Assembly (NCBI GenBank): GCA_025357945.1
Contig: JANYLJ010000055.1
Location: forward strand, 775 to 64,774
DNA from: Gemmatimonadota bacterium
Lineage (GTDB): Bacteria > Gemmatimonadota > Gemmatimonadetes > Gemmatimonadales > GWC2-71-9
Direction: 5' to 3'
DNA: 64,000 nt
Shown here: positions 9,788 through 19,134 of the stretch, piece after piece
How the letters are laid out: each line of letters begins with the position of its first letter
Numbering within the stretch: position 1 is the stretch's first letter
Position numbers and translations under genes: made by a program
The notes under the pieces: model-generated
Told to the model about the DNA's origin: nothing
What the model saw: the letters and a program-made list of their open reading frames with translations, nothing else
Databases searched by the model: none

Positions 9788-10782
9788 TCATGCAGACCGT
9801 CGAAATCCGCTTCAAGGGCAACCGCCGCGGCTTCTTTGACTGGCCGGTGGCCACCGCACCGCTCCGGATGAACGAGACGGTGCTGGTGGAAGCCGAGCGC
9901 GGCCTCGACCTCGGCCGGGTGAACGCCGTGGGTGACGCCGCGCTGGCGAAGTGCGGTGGATGTACGAGCTGCGAAACATCGCCGGCGACCGGCGTCGAGG
10001 GCCGCGGGACCGCGGTACCTCTCGACTCGCCGCACGGCGGCTCGCTCGAGGTCACCGCCGCGTCGGACCGACCGAGCGCCGAAGGCGCGAGTGGCGACCC
10101 TGCCCGCCCCCAAGTCGTCCGCCGCGCCGGTCCCAGGGACATCGCGCAGCACGAAGAGCTGCGTCGCAATGAGGACGACGTGCGCCGCCAGATCGGCGAG
10201 CGGGTCACGCAGCACAAGCTCGGCATGCGCATCTCCGATACCGAGTGGCAGTGGGACAAGAACAGGTTGACCATCTATTTCACGGCGGAAGCACGGGTCG
10301 ACTTCCGCAACCTGGTGCGCGACCTGGCGACACAATTCCGCACCCGCATCGAACTTCGGCAGATCGGCGTGCGCGACGAAGCGGCGCGACTCGGCGGCGT
10401 GGGCCGGTGCGGCCGCGAGTTCTGCTGCAGCACGTGGCTCACGAATACCGGCCCGGTGAATCTCTCACTCGCCAAGGACCAGCACCTGTCGCTCAACCCG
10501 GCGCAGATCTCGGGCGGCTGCGGGCGGCTGCTCTGCTGCCTCAAGTACGAGCACGAGTTCTACCTGGCGTCGCGCAAGCGCTACCCCAAGGAAGGGAAAA
10601 CGGTGCAGACGTTGCGCGGTCCGGAAAAGGTCGTCGCGGTCGACATCTTCCGCGAGCGTGTGGCGCTGCGGAGCGAGGAGCACGGCAGCCGGATCCTCCC
10701 CGCGCTCGACCTGCGCGATGAAATGGAGCGCGCCGCCGCCGAGGCGCCCGCCGGGAATACGCCGGGAACGGCGCCCGCGTGA
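9784..10782 (+). CDS. PSP1 domain protein (YaaT/RicT-like)
   Basis: The C-terminal half KNRLTIYFTAEARVDFRNLVRDLATQFRTRIELRQIGVRDEA...CGRLLCCLKYE is typical of PSP1_C. ATGA overlap with accA. Confidence 0.8.
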   Translation: MIMQTVEIRFKGNRRGFFDWPVATAPLRMNETVLVEAERGLDLGRVNAVGDAALAKCGGCTSCETSPATGVEGRGTAVPLDSPHGGSLEVTAASDRPSAEGASGDPARPQVVRRAGPRDIAQHEELRRNEDDVRRQIGERVTQHKLGMRISDTEWQWDKNRLTIYFTAEARVDFRNLVRDLATQFRTRIELRQIGVRDEAARLGGVGRCGREFCCSTWLTNTGPVNLSLAKDQHLSLNPAQISGGCGRLLCCLKYEHEFYLASRKRYPKEGKTVQTLRGPEKVVAVDIFRERVALRSEEHGSRILPALDLRDEMERAAAEAPAGNTPGTAPA

Positions 10783-12290
10783 AGTCCTATTACCTGACAA
10801 CCGCTATCGACTACTCCAACGGCGACCCCCACCTGGGGCACGCACTGGAAAAGGTCGGCGCCGACGCGATCGCGCGATGGCACCGACTCCGTGGCGAGCC
10901 GGTCCACTTTGTCATGGGGATGGACGAGAACGCGCAGAAGGTGATCCTGGCGGCCGACGCGGCAGGGCGCCCGCCCGCCGCATGGCTCGACGCCATGAGC
11001 GAGCGGTTCGACTCGACCTGGAAACGCCTGGAATGTTCGCACGACGACTGGATGCGCACGACCGAGCCGCGGCATGCACGCGGCGTCAAGGCGCTGATCG
11101 AACAGATCCAGGCGCGCAACCCGGACGACCTGTTCGTCGGCGAGTACGAGGGTCGCTACTGCGTCGGTTGCGAGGAGTTCAAGTCAGAAAGTCAGATCGT
11201 CAACGGCCGATGTATTGAGCATCCATCACGCGAGCTCGTCCCGACAAAGGAGCGCAACACCTTCTTCCGACTGTCGCGCTGGCGCGATCCGGTGCTGGCC
11301 GCGATCCGGTCCGGTGCGTTCCGTGTGGAACCGGCGATTCGTCGCAACGAGATGTTGCGGGTGCTTGAGGACGGGCTGCAGGACATTTCGATTTCGCGTG
11401 GCCGGCTGGCGTGGGGCATTCCCTTCCCTGGCACGGCCGACGAGACGGTCTACGTCTGGTTCGACGCACTGATCAACTACTTGAGCGCCACCGGCTATCC
11501 CGATGCCGGCTACGAGAAGCTGTGGCCGGCCGATTTGCACGTGATCGGCAAGGGGATCACCCGGTTCCACTGCATCATCTGGCCCGCGATGTTGATGGCC
11601 GCAGGCGTGCCGCTGCCCGCGATGGTGTGGGCACACGGCTACGTCCAGTGGGGTGGCGCCAAGGTGAGCAAGTCCGAAGGCACGTCGGTGTCGCTCGACG
11701 AAGCGATCGAACGACACGGCCCCGACGCCCTGCGCTGGTTCCTGTTGCGCGAAGTCGGTTTCGAGAACGACGGCGACTTTTCGTTCGAGCGGTTCGATGC
11801 GCGCTACGAGGGCGATCTCGCCAACGGGCTCGGCAACCTGGCCGCACGGGTCACCGCGATGCTGGAGAAGTATCGCGGCGGAATCGTGCCAGTTGGTGCC
11901 CACGTGCCCGAGCCGCTCGACACTGCCGGCACCGAGTTGGCCGCCGAGTACGCCAGCGCGATGGCTGCGATCGACCTCAAGGGTGCCGCGGAAATCCTGT
12001 CGCGGCTGGTGAGCGAGGCGAACGGCTACATCGTGGCGAACGCCCCATGGACCCTCGCGAAAGCGGGCGATGACGCGCGGCTCGACGTTGTGCTGGCGTC
12101 GCTTGCCCGCTGCCTGCTCAGGCTCTCGGTGCTGGCCTCACCGTTCATGCCCGCGAAGGCGCAGGTGCTCTGGACCGCGCTCGGCCAGCCCGGGTCGCCG
12201 GAAAAGGAATGGCGACTCGCACTCCAGCCGGACCTTGCCGGTGCCCGAGTCGCCAAGCCGGATAACCTCTTTCCGAAACCTGCCGCCTAG
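10779..12290 (+). CDS. metG: methionyl-tRNA synthetase (short form, no C-terminal tRNA-binding domain)
   Basis: HLGH motif (GDPHLGHA), KMSKS-type motif (KVSKS) and a zinc-knuckle Cys pair. GTG start overlaps the PSP1 stop (GTGA). Confidence 0.9.
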   Translation: MKSYYLTTAIDYSNGDPHLGHALEKVGADAIARWHRLRGEPVHFVMGMDENAQKVILAADAAGRPPAAWLDAMSERFDSTWKRLECSHDDWMRTTEPRHARGVKALIEQIQARNPDDLFVGEYEGRYCVGCEEFKSESQIVNGRCIEHPSRELVPTKERNTFFRLSRWRDPVLAAIRSGAFRVEPAIRRNEMLRVLEDGLQDISISRGRLAWGIPFPGTADETVYVWFDALINYLSATGYPDAGYEKLWPADLHVIGKGITRFHCIIWPAMLMAAGVPLPAMVWAHGYVQWGGAKVSKSEGTSVSLDEAIERHGPDALRWFLLREVGFENDGDFSFERFDARYEGDLANGLGNLAARVTAMLEKYRGGIVPVGAHVPEPLDTAGTELAAEYASAMAAIDLKGAAEILSRLVSEANGYIVANAPWTLAKAGDDARLDVVLASLARCLLRLSVLASPFMPAKAQVLWTALGQPGSPEKEWRLALQPDLAGARVAKPDNLFPKPAA

Positions 12291-12856
12291 AACTTCACCG
12301 TCGGCGCGTTCGCGGCCTCGGCAGTCGTGAGGTCGAAGTACGGCCGCGGCGTACCGAGCTTGAACAGCTTCGCCGTGATCAGGGTCGGGAACTGGCGAAT
12401 CTTGGTATTGAACTCCTTCACTGCCCCGTTGTAATCCGTTCTCGCCACCGCGATCCGGTTCTCGGTGCCGGCCAGCTCGTCCTGCAGCGCCTTGAAGTTC
12501 GCGCTGCTCTTGAGGTCGGGATAGTTCTCCGCGATCGCTAACAGGCGACCCAGCGGTGCCGTCATCGCCGCATTCGCCTGTCCCATCGCGGCCACGTCGG
12601 TGCCGCCGGCTGCGCCGGCGAGCTTGGCGCGGGCGTTCGCGATCGAGATGAAGACGGTGTCTTCCTGCTTGGTCACTCCCTTCACGGTCGCGACCAGGTT
12701 GCCGATCAGGTCGGCGCGCCGCTGCAGCTGCACCTTGATCTGGCTCTGCGCCGTGTTGATCTGCTCGTCGAGCGTCTGCAGACGGTTGTAGCTGCAGCCG
12801 CTGGCCATGGTGGCGAGACCGAGCAGGAGCACGAACGAGAATCGGGAACGACGCAT
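12287..12856 (-). CDS. LemA family protein
   Basis: Lipoprotein/TM start MRRSRFSFVLLLGLATMASGCS followed by YNRLQTLDEQINTAQSQIKVQLQRRADLIGNLV, typical of LemA. The start ATG overlaps the upstream stop (ATGA). Confidence 0.85.
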   Translation of the reverse strand: MRRSRFSFVLLLGLATMASGCSYNRLQTLDEQINTAQSQIKVQLQRRADLIGNLVATVKGVTKQEDTVFISIANARAKLAGAAGGTDVAAMGQANAAMTAPLGRLLAIAENYPDLKSSANFKALQDELAGTENRIAVARTDYNGAVKEFNTKIRQFPTLITAKLFKLGTPRPYFDLTTAEAANAPTVKF

Positions 12857-13578
12857 CAGTGATCTCCAGCGTGAAAGGTGTCGATCAGCTCGACGGTCCG
12901 CTGCACGAGCTCGAGGTAACGAACAAAGGTGTCGGGTGGGCAGCTCCACTCCTGTTCACGGCGGTGGCCCGCAATCTCCACCGCGACGCTCACGTCGGCA
13001 CCGAGTGCCGTGCCGAGCACCGCGGCGGTCTCCTTCGGATCCTGGCCGGGCGCGCGGTGTGACAGGACCGCGAGGCAGCGCAGCAGCGCGAAGTAGGTGG
13101 CGATTGAGGCCAGTGCGAAGCCGCCCAGAATCATCCCCGATTCACCGAAACGCACGTAGGCCTGACGCAGCCGCACCAGCTTGCCGCGCAACTCCTTCTC
13201 GACCGCTTCGCGCAGGTCCGCGGGATCGACCACCATCCCCAGCACCGGATCGGCACCGCAGAGCATCCGGTGGGCGACCTGCATGTCGGTGATCTCGATC
13301 GGAAAGACGTCCGCCGAGCGCTGCCATTCATCGCGGCCCATGATCAGCGGCGGCGCGAATCCCTTGGTGTGCCATTCGGTGACCGCCGGCGTCAAGCGAC
13401 GCAACGCCGCAGGTGCGGTGTCGTCGACGAGCAGCAGCAGGTTGACATCCGAGCGCCCGGGAATCCAGTCACCGCGCGCCGCGGATCCGTAGAGGACGGC
13501 GCTCGCGTTGAGGCCTGAGAGTTCACCGAGGCTCTTCGCCAGCGTGTCGAGCGACTGATCCAGATGTCTTCGATCCAT
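12856..13578 (-). CDS. nucleotidyltransferase-domain protein (minimal NTase fold plus helical C-terminal domain)
   Basis: GSAARGDWIPGRSDVNLLLLVDD is the GS-x-x-RG...D-x-D NTase motif. ATGA overlaps occur on both sides. Confidence 0.7.
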   Translation of the reverse strand: MDRRHLDQSLDTLAKSLGELSGLNASAVLYGSAARGDWIPGRSDVNLLLLVDDTAPAALRRLTPAVTEWHTKGFAPPLIMGRDEWQRSADVFPIEITDMQVAHRMLCGADPVLGMVVDPADLREAVEKELRGKLVRLRQAYVRFGESGMILGGFALASIATYFALLRCLAVLSHRAPGQDPKETAAVLGTALGADVSVAVEIAGHRREQEWSCPPDTFVRYLELVQRTVELIDTFHAGDH

Positions 13579-14423
13579 CAGAAACTCCCCCCGGAGCCAC
13601 CACCACTGAAACCGCCACCGCCGCCGAAGCCCCCGAATCCACCGCCGCCCCCTCCGCCACCACCGAAGCCGCCACCGCCGCCAAAACTCCGGCCAATCAT
13701 ATAGGGCAGCAGCCAGCCCCCACCGATGCCGCCGCCGCCCCGCCCGCCGCGATTGCGCGCGATGATCGAGATGATCCAGATCATCGCGATGATCGCGTAC
13801 AGGATGAACCGGAACGTCGACCTGGTCGGCTGCGTCGCCGGACGTTGCGGCAGCTGCCGGCGAAGGAGGCTGCTGTCCTGAACGCCCAGATCGCGCGCGA
13901 TGATGTCGGCGGCCATGCTGGTGGCGAGGTCGAGCGCCGCACCGTACTGGCCTTGGCGCAGTGCCGGGGTCATGGCGTCACGGATCTCGCCGGTCTTGCT
14001 GTCGGTGAGGCTCCCTTCAAGGCCCTGGCCCACTTCGAACCGGATCTCGCCGCGATGGTCCGCCGTCCGCGGGACGAGCAGGATGACCAGACCGGCGTTG
14101 CGGCGCTTGTCGCCGATCTCCGCCTTGCCGCCCACCTGCCACGCCCGCCCGATTGCCAGCGCGACCTCGGAGGGCGCCCGCTCACCGATGGTTGGCAAGG
14201 TGACCACGGCGAGGTCGGCACCGGTCACGTCCTGCAAGTGCTTCAGGCGCGCTTCGAGCGACTCGCGCCGGCCGGCGTCGAGCAGGTGCGCCACGTCGGT
14301 GACGAACCCGGCCGGTTGGGCCGGGAAGAGCTTGGCAATCTCGCCCTGCTGCGCCGGGAGGGCCGTCGCGATTGCGAGTTGGAGCGCCAGCAGCGAGCCG
14401 ATACCTTTGTTCACGCTGACCAT
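13578..14423 (-). CDS. TPM-domain protein (YgcG-like) with Gly-rich C-terminal tail
   Basis: Signal peptide MVSVNKGIGSLLALQLAIATALPAQQ, the TPM-like segment FVTDVAHLLD...DLAVVTLPTIG, a TM segment and a poly-Gly tail. The start is at the internal ATG at 14423; the ORF is open to 14915. Confidence 0.8.
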   Translation of the reverse strand: MVSVNKGIGSLLALQLAIATALPAQQGEIAKLFPAQPAGFVTDVAHLLDAGRRESLEARLKHLQDVTGADLAVVTLPTIGERAPSEVALAIGRAWQVGGKAEIGDKRRNAGLVILLVPRTADHRGEIRFEVGQGLEGSLTDSKTGEIRDAMTPALRQGQYGAALDLATSMAADIIARDLGVQDSSLLRRQLPQRPATQPTRSTFRFILYAIIAMIWIISIIARNRGGRGGGGIGGGWLLPYMIGRSFGGGGGFGGGGGGGGGFGGFGGGGGFSGGGSGGSF

Positions 14424-14513
14424 TCGCTCCGTTGGCAGACTGGACCCGATGGTTCTGGCGTCGCGTTGACGCCACCGTTCCGGACCGCAACAAAGATACT
14501 CGCCGGAGGCCCC

Positions 14514-15185
14514 ATGAGTTTCGCAGCCAGCGTTTCGCACCTGAAACATCCAGCTTGCCGACACGCTTGGTGGGTCGCCTTCCTCGTGGCCTCGGCGGCG
14601 ACGCCGGCCGTGGCGCGGGCGCAAGGCACCCCGCAGACACTGGCCATGGAGGCGCGCACCAAGGGGTCGCCGACCGCGCCGGTCACGGTCTACGAAATGG
14701 CCGACTTCCAATGCTCGTTCTGCGGCAAGTTCGCCCGGGAAACGTTCGGAGCGATCGAGACGGAATACATCAAGACCGGCAAGGTGCGCTGGATCTTCAT
14801 CAACCTCCCGATTCCTTCGATCCATGCCAACGCTCAGGCCGCCGCCGAGTTCGGCGCGTGCGCGGCGCTCCAAGGAAAGTTCTGGCAAACCCATGATATG
14901 CTCTACGCGACGCAAGACCAGTGGGAGCAGCTCAAGAACCCGGCACCGTTCTTTCAGTCGAAGATGGCGTCACTCAGCCTGAAATCGGCGGAGCTGAACC
15001 GCTGCGTCCAGTCCGGCCGTGGCAGCGCGATTGTGAAGGATGATGTCGCCGGTGCGCAGCGGTCCGGTGCCCAGAGCACACCGTCGTTCTACATCGAAGG
15101 CGGGATGATGGCAGGCGCGCAACCGATACAGGTCTTCCGCTACGTGCTCGACTCGATGTACCAGGCCAAGACGAAGAGGCCGTGA
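14514..15185 (+). CDS. DsbA-family thiol:disulfide oxidoreductase
   Basis: Signal peptide followed by VTVYEMADFQCSFCGKF (CxxC) and a thioredoxin-fold C-terminal part. The start is at the ATG at 14514 inside the longer ORF. Confidence 0.8.
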   Translation: MSFAASVSHLKHPACRHAWWVAFLVASAATPAVARAQGTPQTLAMEARTKGSPTAPVTVYEMADFQCSFCGKFARETFGAIETEYIKTGKVRWIFINLPIPSIHANAQAAAEFGACAALQGKFWQTHDMLYATQDQWEQLKNPAPFFQSKMASLSLKSAELNRCVQSGRGSAIVKDDVAGAQRSGAQSTPSFYIEGGMMAGAQPIQVFRYVLDSMYQAKTKRP

Positions 15186-15189
15186 ACGG

Positions 15190-15918
15190 TCAGCCGCCAC
15201 CCATCGTCACGATTACGTCGTACCATGCGTGCGTCCACGCCGTGATCCCGAATCCGCGCACCACGTAGAGGGTGCTGAACACCAGCCCCGCCAGGAATCG
15301 GAACAGGAACGACGAGAGCTGCATCGGGTCGCCGTAGGCCCCGATGTAATGGAACGCCGAAAAAACCAGGGCGCTCGACAACACCGCGAACAGCCCGGCG
15401 CCCCGCGGCCCCCAGCCGAAAACCCGCTTCGCCAGCACGGACAACACGCCGACGAGAATCACGCGGAAGAGCAATTCCTCGTAAATCCCCGCACCAAGCG
15501 AGACCATCAGCTGGGTGGGCGTGCCGAGACGACTGGGCGTCGCGAGCAGGAAGACGTGCAGCACCGCCGCGGTGGCGTACCGCAACACGACGCCGATCGC
15601 GGCGGCCAGGACGACCGACTCCACGAGCATGAGCGGAAAGACGCGCCAGCGGAGCGGCCCAGGGTGTCGCCGCCAGTCGCGCACCACGAGCACCAGGCCG
15701 ACAAGGGTGAGCAGCACCTCGAACGCCACCACACCGTTGCGCCCGCCGAATTGGACGAAGAGCGACTTGAGGAGCACGTCGGCGCCGTTGCGGACGCCCG
15801 GCGCCGTGGCGCTCGACAGCAGCCAGGCCGACACTTCATAGGCGACCAGCAACGGCGCTGCGAACAGCACGGCGTAACGGGTGGAGCGGCTGTCGCAGTA
15901 GTACGGGCTCTTGACCAT
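15190..15918 (-). CDS. CPBP-family intramembrane glutamic endopeptidase (CAAX protease-like)
   Basis: Polytopic membrane protein with the EELLFR and FSAFH motifs. Confidence 0.8.
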   Translation of the reverse strand: MVKSPYYCDSRSTRYAVLFAAPLLVAYEVSAWLLSSATAPGVRNGADVLLKSLFVQFGGRNGVVAFEVLLTLVGLVLVVRDWRRHPGPLRWRVFPLMLVESVVLAAAIGVVLRYATAAVLHVFLLATPSRLGTPTQLMVSLGAGIYEELLFRVILVGVLSVLAKRVFGWGPRGAGLFAVLSSALVFSAFHYIGAYGDPMQLSSFLFRFLAGLVFSTLYVVRGFGITAWTHAWYDVIVTMGGG

Positions 15919-15947
15919 GCTGTAAGGTAGAGCCGTGGGCTGTCGGT

Positions 15948-16406
15948 TTACTCCACCTTGAGATGCCCCTTCATTCCCAGCGCAACGTGCGGATCACACT
16001 GGAAGTAGTACGTCCGCCCGGCTGGCAGGTTGACCGGCAGGTCGTACGTCTGCCCCGGCAGCTGCAGCATGTCGCTCGGCTCGGGCAGGTTCGTCGCGCC
16101 GACGTTGCTGTCCGGCAGGAAATGCACATTGTGCACGCCAACCCCCAGCGTGAACCGCAGAACGTCGCCCCGGTGCGCCTCGATCTCGGCCGGGACATAC
16201 CGGCTCCCCTGCTCATCCGCGATCATCTCGACCGTGATGATCTTGCCGGTTGGCGCCGGCGCGGCCGCGGTCGGAGCGCCTGCTGCGGGTGACTTGTCGG
16301 CAGTTGGTGTACCGGCGCCCTTGCCGCCGCATGCGGCGAACAAGGCAGTGGCTGGCAGCAAGATCCATGAAGGCGCGATGATGCGCAGGATGTCTGGTTT
16401 CCTCAA
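15948..16406 (-). CDS. cupredoxin (plastocyanin/pseudoazurin/amicyanin-like) lipoprotein, last gene of the nos operon
   Basis: Type-1 Cu ligand pattern HNVHF...C-D-P-H-V-A-L-G-M and lipobox LFAACGG. The proposed TTG start (16404..16406) overlaps the nosY TGA (16403..16405). The rest of the 561-aa ORF is an out-of-frame shadow of nosY/nosF. Confidence 0.7.
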   Translation of the reverse strand: MRKPDILRIIAPSWILLPATALFAACGGKGAGTPTADKSPAAGAPTAAAPAPTGKIITVEMIADEQGSRYVPAEIEAHRGDVLRFTLGVGVHNVHFLPDSNVGATNLPEPSDMLQLPGQTYDLPVNLPAGRTYYFQCDPHVALGMKGHLKVE

Positions 16407-17194
16407 AAGTCCTTCTTGTTGAACGTTTTCGCCGCAAAGCAGAGCGGCAGCGCCAGCCACAACGCCAGCGCGGTGATCAACGCGGCGTGACCCGCCGCGG
16501 TGCCCATGGTGTGCTGGACAACGGCACCAGTATACCCAAACAGTGCCGCGGCGTCGGTGCCGAGCAGTAGCAGCACTCGCGCAAGGTCGAGCGGATTGAG
16601 CGCCAGCGCCACGAGCAGCGGCACCTCGATCGCGCGCTCGCCGAACAGCAGCGCCAGCAACAGCACCACGCCGTCCCAGAGCACTGCGGCACCGAGCCAC
16701 AGGGCGAGGGCGATTCCGAGCGCACGCACGCGGTCGTCGACGCGGAGCGCGATCGCGAAGGCCAGCGCCGTGCCCACCAGCGTCAGGAGCGCGGTGACGC
16801 CGCCGAGCGCGAGCAGGCGCAGTCCCAGCGGTCCGATCAGGAGACCATGCCAGACGAAAGGTGCGAGCAGGCCGATCGTCAGCGCCGCCGCCAGCGGCAG
16901 GGCGGTGCCGAGGTAGAGCCCGGCGAACAGGTTGCCGCGGGTGACCGGCTGGGCGAGCAGCAGCTCGGTGACCTCGCGGGCATTGTGCACCTGCATCGTG
17001 CCGACGACGAGCGCCGCCAGCGGCGTGACAATCAGCGCGACGTCGAGCAGCGACACCAGCGTGGTGTCGCCGCCGCCGCCGAAACGGATCAGGAGGTCGC
17101 CCGCGAGCGCGAGTGCCGCGGCGAGGCCGATCAGCCATCGTCCGCGCACCGCCTCGCGGAGTGCCGGGCGGACAAGGCGCAGTGCCACGGTCAT
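16403..17194 (-). CDS. nosY: ABC-type permease NosY
   Basis: Six-TM permease directly following nosF with an ATGA overlap. Its position in the nos cluster supports the call. Confidence 0.75.
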   Translation of the reverse strand: MTVALRLVRPALREAVRGRWLIGLAAALALAGDLLIRFGGGGDTTLVSLLDVALIVTPLAALVVGTMQVHNAREVTELLLAQPVTRGNLFAGLYLGTALPLAAALTIGLLAPFVWHGLLIGPLGLRLLALGGVTALLTLVGTALAFAIALRVDDRVRALGIALALWLGAAVLWDGVVLLLALLFGERAIEVPLLVALALNPLDLARVLLLLGTDAAALFGYTGAVVQHTMGTAAGHAALITALALWLALPLCFAAKTFNKKDF

Positions 17195-17913
17195 GCGACC
17201 GCCAACAGTGCGCCACCGGCAAGCAGCTGCGCCACGGCGCGCTCGAGCGTCGGTTGACCGGTGTGCTTCTTGAGCTGTCCCACCGGACCATGCCACTTCG
17301 CCTCGCCATCGGCGAGGAAGACCACGTCGTCGGCGAGTTCCTCGAGTTCAGGCAGCACGTGCGAGGTGACCAGCACCGTGCACCCTCGGACCCGCTCGGT
17401 GAGCATCCGGTCCTTGAGGATCCGGCTCGCCAGCGGATCGAGGCCGGCGGTCGGCTCGTCGAGCAACAACGTGTTCGGTCGAAAGGCGAACGCCAGCACG
17501 GCGTTGATTTTCTGCCGAGTGCCGCCGCTGAGGGTGCCGAGCGACCGATCCAGGGCGTCGCCAAGGGCGAAGTCCTCGGCCAGGGAGAGGTCGGGTTCCA
17601 CCGTCGCGCCGCGCAGCGCCACCAGCGTCTCAAGCAGTTCGCGCCCGGTCAGGTGTGCCGGAAAGCGGGCGATCTGGGGCATGTAGCCGATCGCGGCGCG
17701 ATAGGCGGGAGCGGGACCGACGCGGTGCCCGTCGACGATGACCTCACCGGTATCGGGACGGGCGAGACCAAGCACCAGTTTGAGCAGCGTCGTCTTGCCC
17801 GCACCGTTGGGTCCCACCAGGCCGGTGATCCGACCGCGGCCAATGTGCAGATCGATCGCGCGCAGCACGCCGCGCTTCCCGAAGGACTTGCCGAGCGCCC
17901 GCGTGACGATCAT
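17191..17913 (-). CDS. nosF: ABC transporter ATP-binding protein NosF
   Basis: Walker A GPNGAGKTT, signature LSGGTRQK and Walker B LLLDEP. It overlaps nosD and nosY. Confidence 0.85.
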   Translation of the reverse strand: MIVTRALGKSFGKRGVLRAIDLHIGRGRITGLVGPNGAGKTTLLKLVLGLARPDTGEVIVDGHRVGPAPAYRAAIGYMPQIARFPAHLTGRELLETLVALRGATVEPDLSLAEDFALGDALDRSLGTLSGGTRQKINAVLAFAFRPNTLLLDEPTAGLDPLASRILKDRMLTERVRGCTVLVTSHVLPELEELADDVVFLADGEAKWHGPVGQLKKHTGQPTLERAVAQLLAGGALLAVA

Positions 17914-19133
17914 CGCGATCCCCGATCGGGCGCGCGCATCAAGGGGTGCGAATCGCTGACACCGGCCGGCGTCAGCACCGGCAGTGCGCGCTCCGCGGCA
18001 TCGAGCATCTTCACGAAAAGCGACCGTTGCAGCAGGAGCACCGGCTCGGCCCGCTCGACCAGCAGCGAAAAGAGCCGCACCGGGTGATAGGGCACGTCAC
18101 CGACGCCGTCGTGATCCAGGTCCCAACCGTGATACCCGTCCCACCAGTTGCCCGAGAACGTCGCGCTGGTCCCGTTGCCGTTGACCGCGACGTCGAACGA
18201 ATTGCGGCGGAACGTGTTGCCGGTGAACTGCGCGGACACCGTGCTGCCGAGCAGCCGCAACGCCCAGCCGTTGTCCTCGAACCGGTTACTCGTCACGAGG
18301 GCACGGTCGGCGCCATCGGCCAGCAGCCCGACGGTGTTGCCGCGGAACGTGTTCGCGAACAGGCGCGCGTCCTGGATCTCCTTGAGCAGGAGGCCGTACG
18401 CCGCCGCACCGCGGTTGGAAATGAAATTATTGCCGGTCATGTCGACCGCCCTGGTGTACATCACCGCCACGCCGCTGCCGTTGGCCCGGAACGTGTTACC
18501 GGTGTACGCCGACGAATCGGAGTACATGAAGTGCATGCCGTAGCGGACGTTGCCTTCGCTGACGTTGTCGCGGACGTCGGCGTGGCGGGTGAACTCGAGA
18601 TAGATCCCATCGCGATGGCCGCTGATCCGGTTGCCGCGGACGACAATGTTGCGGGAGGACCAGAGGTGGACACCGTTGCCGGTGGCGGCTTCGCGGCCTG
18701 GGCGACCAGCGATGACGTTGTCGGCCACCACGCAGTCCTCCGCTGCGGCGAGGTAGATCGCGAAGAACGTGGCGTCGAAGCGGTTGCCGACGATGTGGCA
18801 ATCCTTCGCATCGGCAACGCGAAGTGCCGCGCGATCCTCGGTGTATGCCGTGCCGGTGTTGGTGAACTCCAGCCCGCGCACCGTGACGTGGTCAGCATGC
18901 ACGATCAGCAGTGCGCGTCGCCCCTCGCCGTCGAGGATGGCGCCAGGTTGGCCCTGAAGCGTGAGCGGCCGGTCGACGGTCACGGTCGGTTCGCGATAGC
19001 GGCCGGCGCGCACCATGATGATCGCGCCCGGCGGCGCGGCGGTGACCGCGGCGCCGATCGAGGTGTACGGTCCGGTCGGCGACACGACGAGCGGCGGCCC
19101 CTGAAGGAGCAGGAGCAACATCATCGGGGGCAT
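17910..19133 (-). CDS. nosD: periplasmic parallel beta-helix protein NosD
   Basis: Repeated N-x-I/V-x-x-N beta-helix units (VADNVIAGRPG, VVRGNRISGHRDGIYL, TGNTFRANGSGVAVMY and others). The start is at MPPMMLLLLLQ (19133). Confidence 0.85.
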   Translation of the reverse strand: MPPMMLLLLLQGPPLVVSPTGPYTSIGAAVTAAPPGAIIMVRAGRYREPTVTVDRPLTLQGQPGAILDGEGRRALLIVHADHVTVRGLEFTNTGTAYTEDRAALRVADAKDCHIVGNRFDATFFAIYLAAAEDCVVADNVIAGRPGREAATGNGVHLWSSRNIVVRGNRISGHRDGIYLEFTRHADVRDNVSEGNVRYGMHFMYSDSSAYTGNTFRANGSGVAVMYTRAVDMTGNNFISNRGAAAYGLLLKEIQDARLFANTFRGNTVGLLADGADRALVTSNRFEDNGWALRLLGSTVSAQFTGNTFRRNSFDVAVNGNGTSATFSGNWWDGYHGWDLDHDGVGDVPYHPVRLFSLLVERAEPVLLLQRSLFVKMLDAAERALPVLTPAGVSDSHPLMRAPDRGSR

Positions 19134-19134
19134 A

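Noticed and set aside
14424-14915. Long N-terminal extensions of several ORFs (TPM protein; also 54831..55127 for the GAF kinase, 29628..29792 for the PAS-GAF kinase, 21789..21965 for nosZ, 22818..23030 for the cupin)
   Set aside because: The extensions are Arg/Pro/Gly-rich, overlap neighbouring genes or promoters, and precede internal Met codons that yield proper signal peptides or domain starts.
16407-17633. N-terminal 409 residues of the 561-aa ORF at 15948..17633
   Set aside because: This part overlaps nosY and nosF in another frame and is Arg/Pro-rich. Only the last 152 codons (the cupredoxin) look like a real protein.
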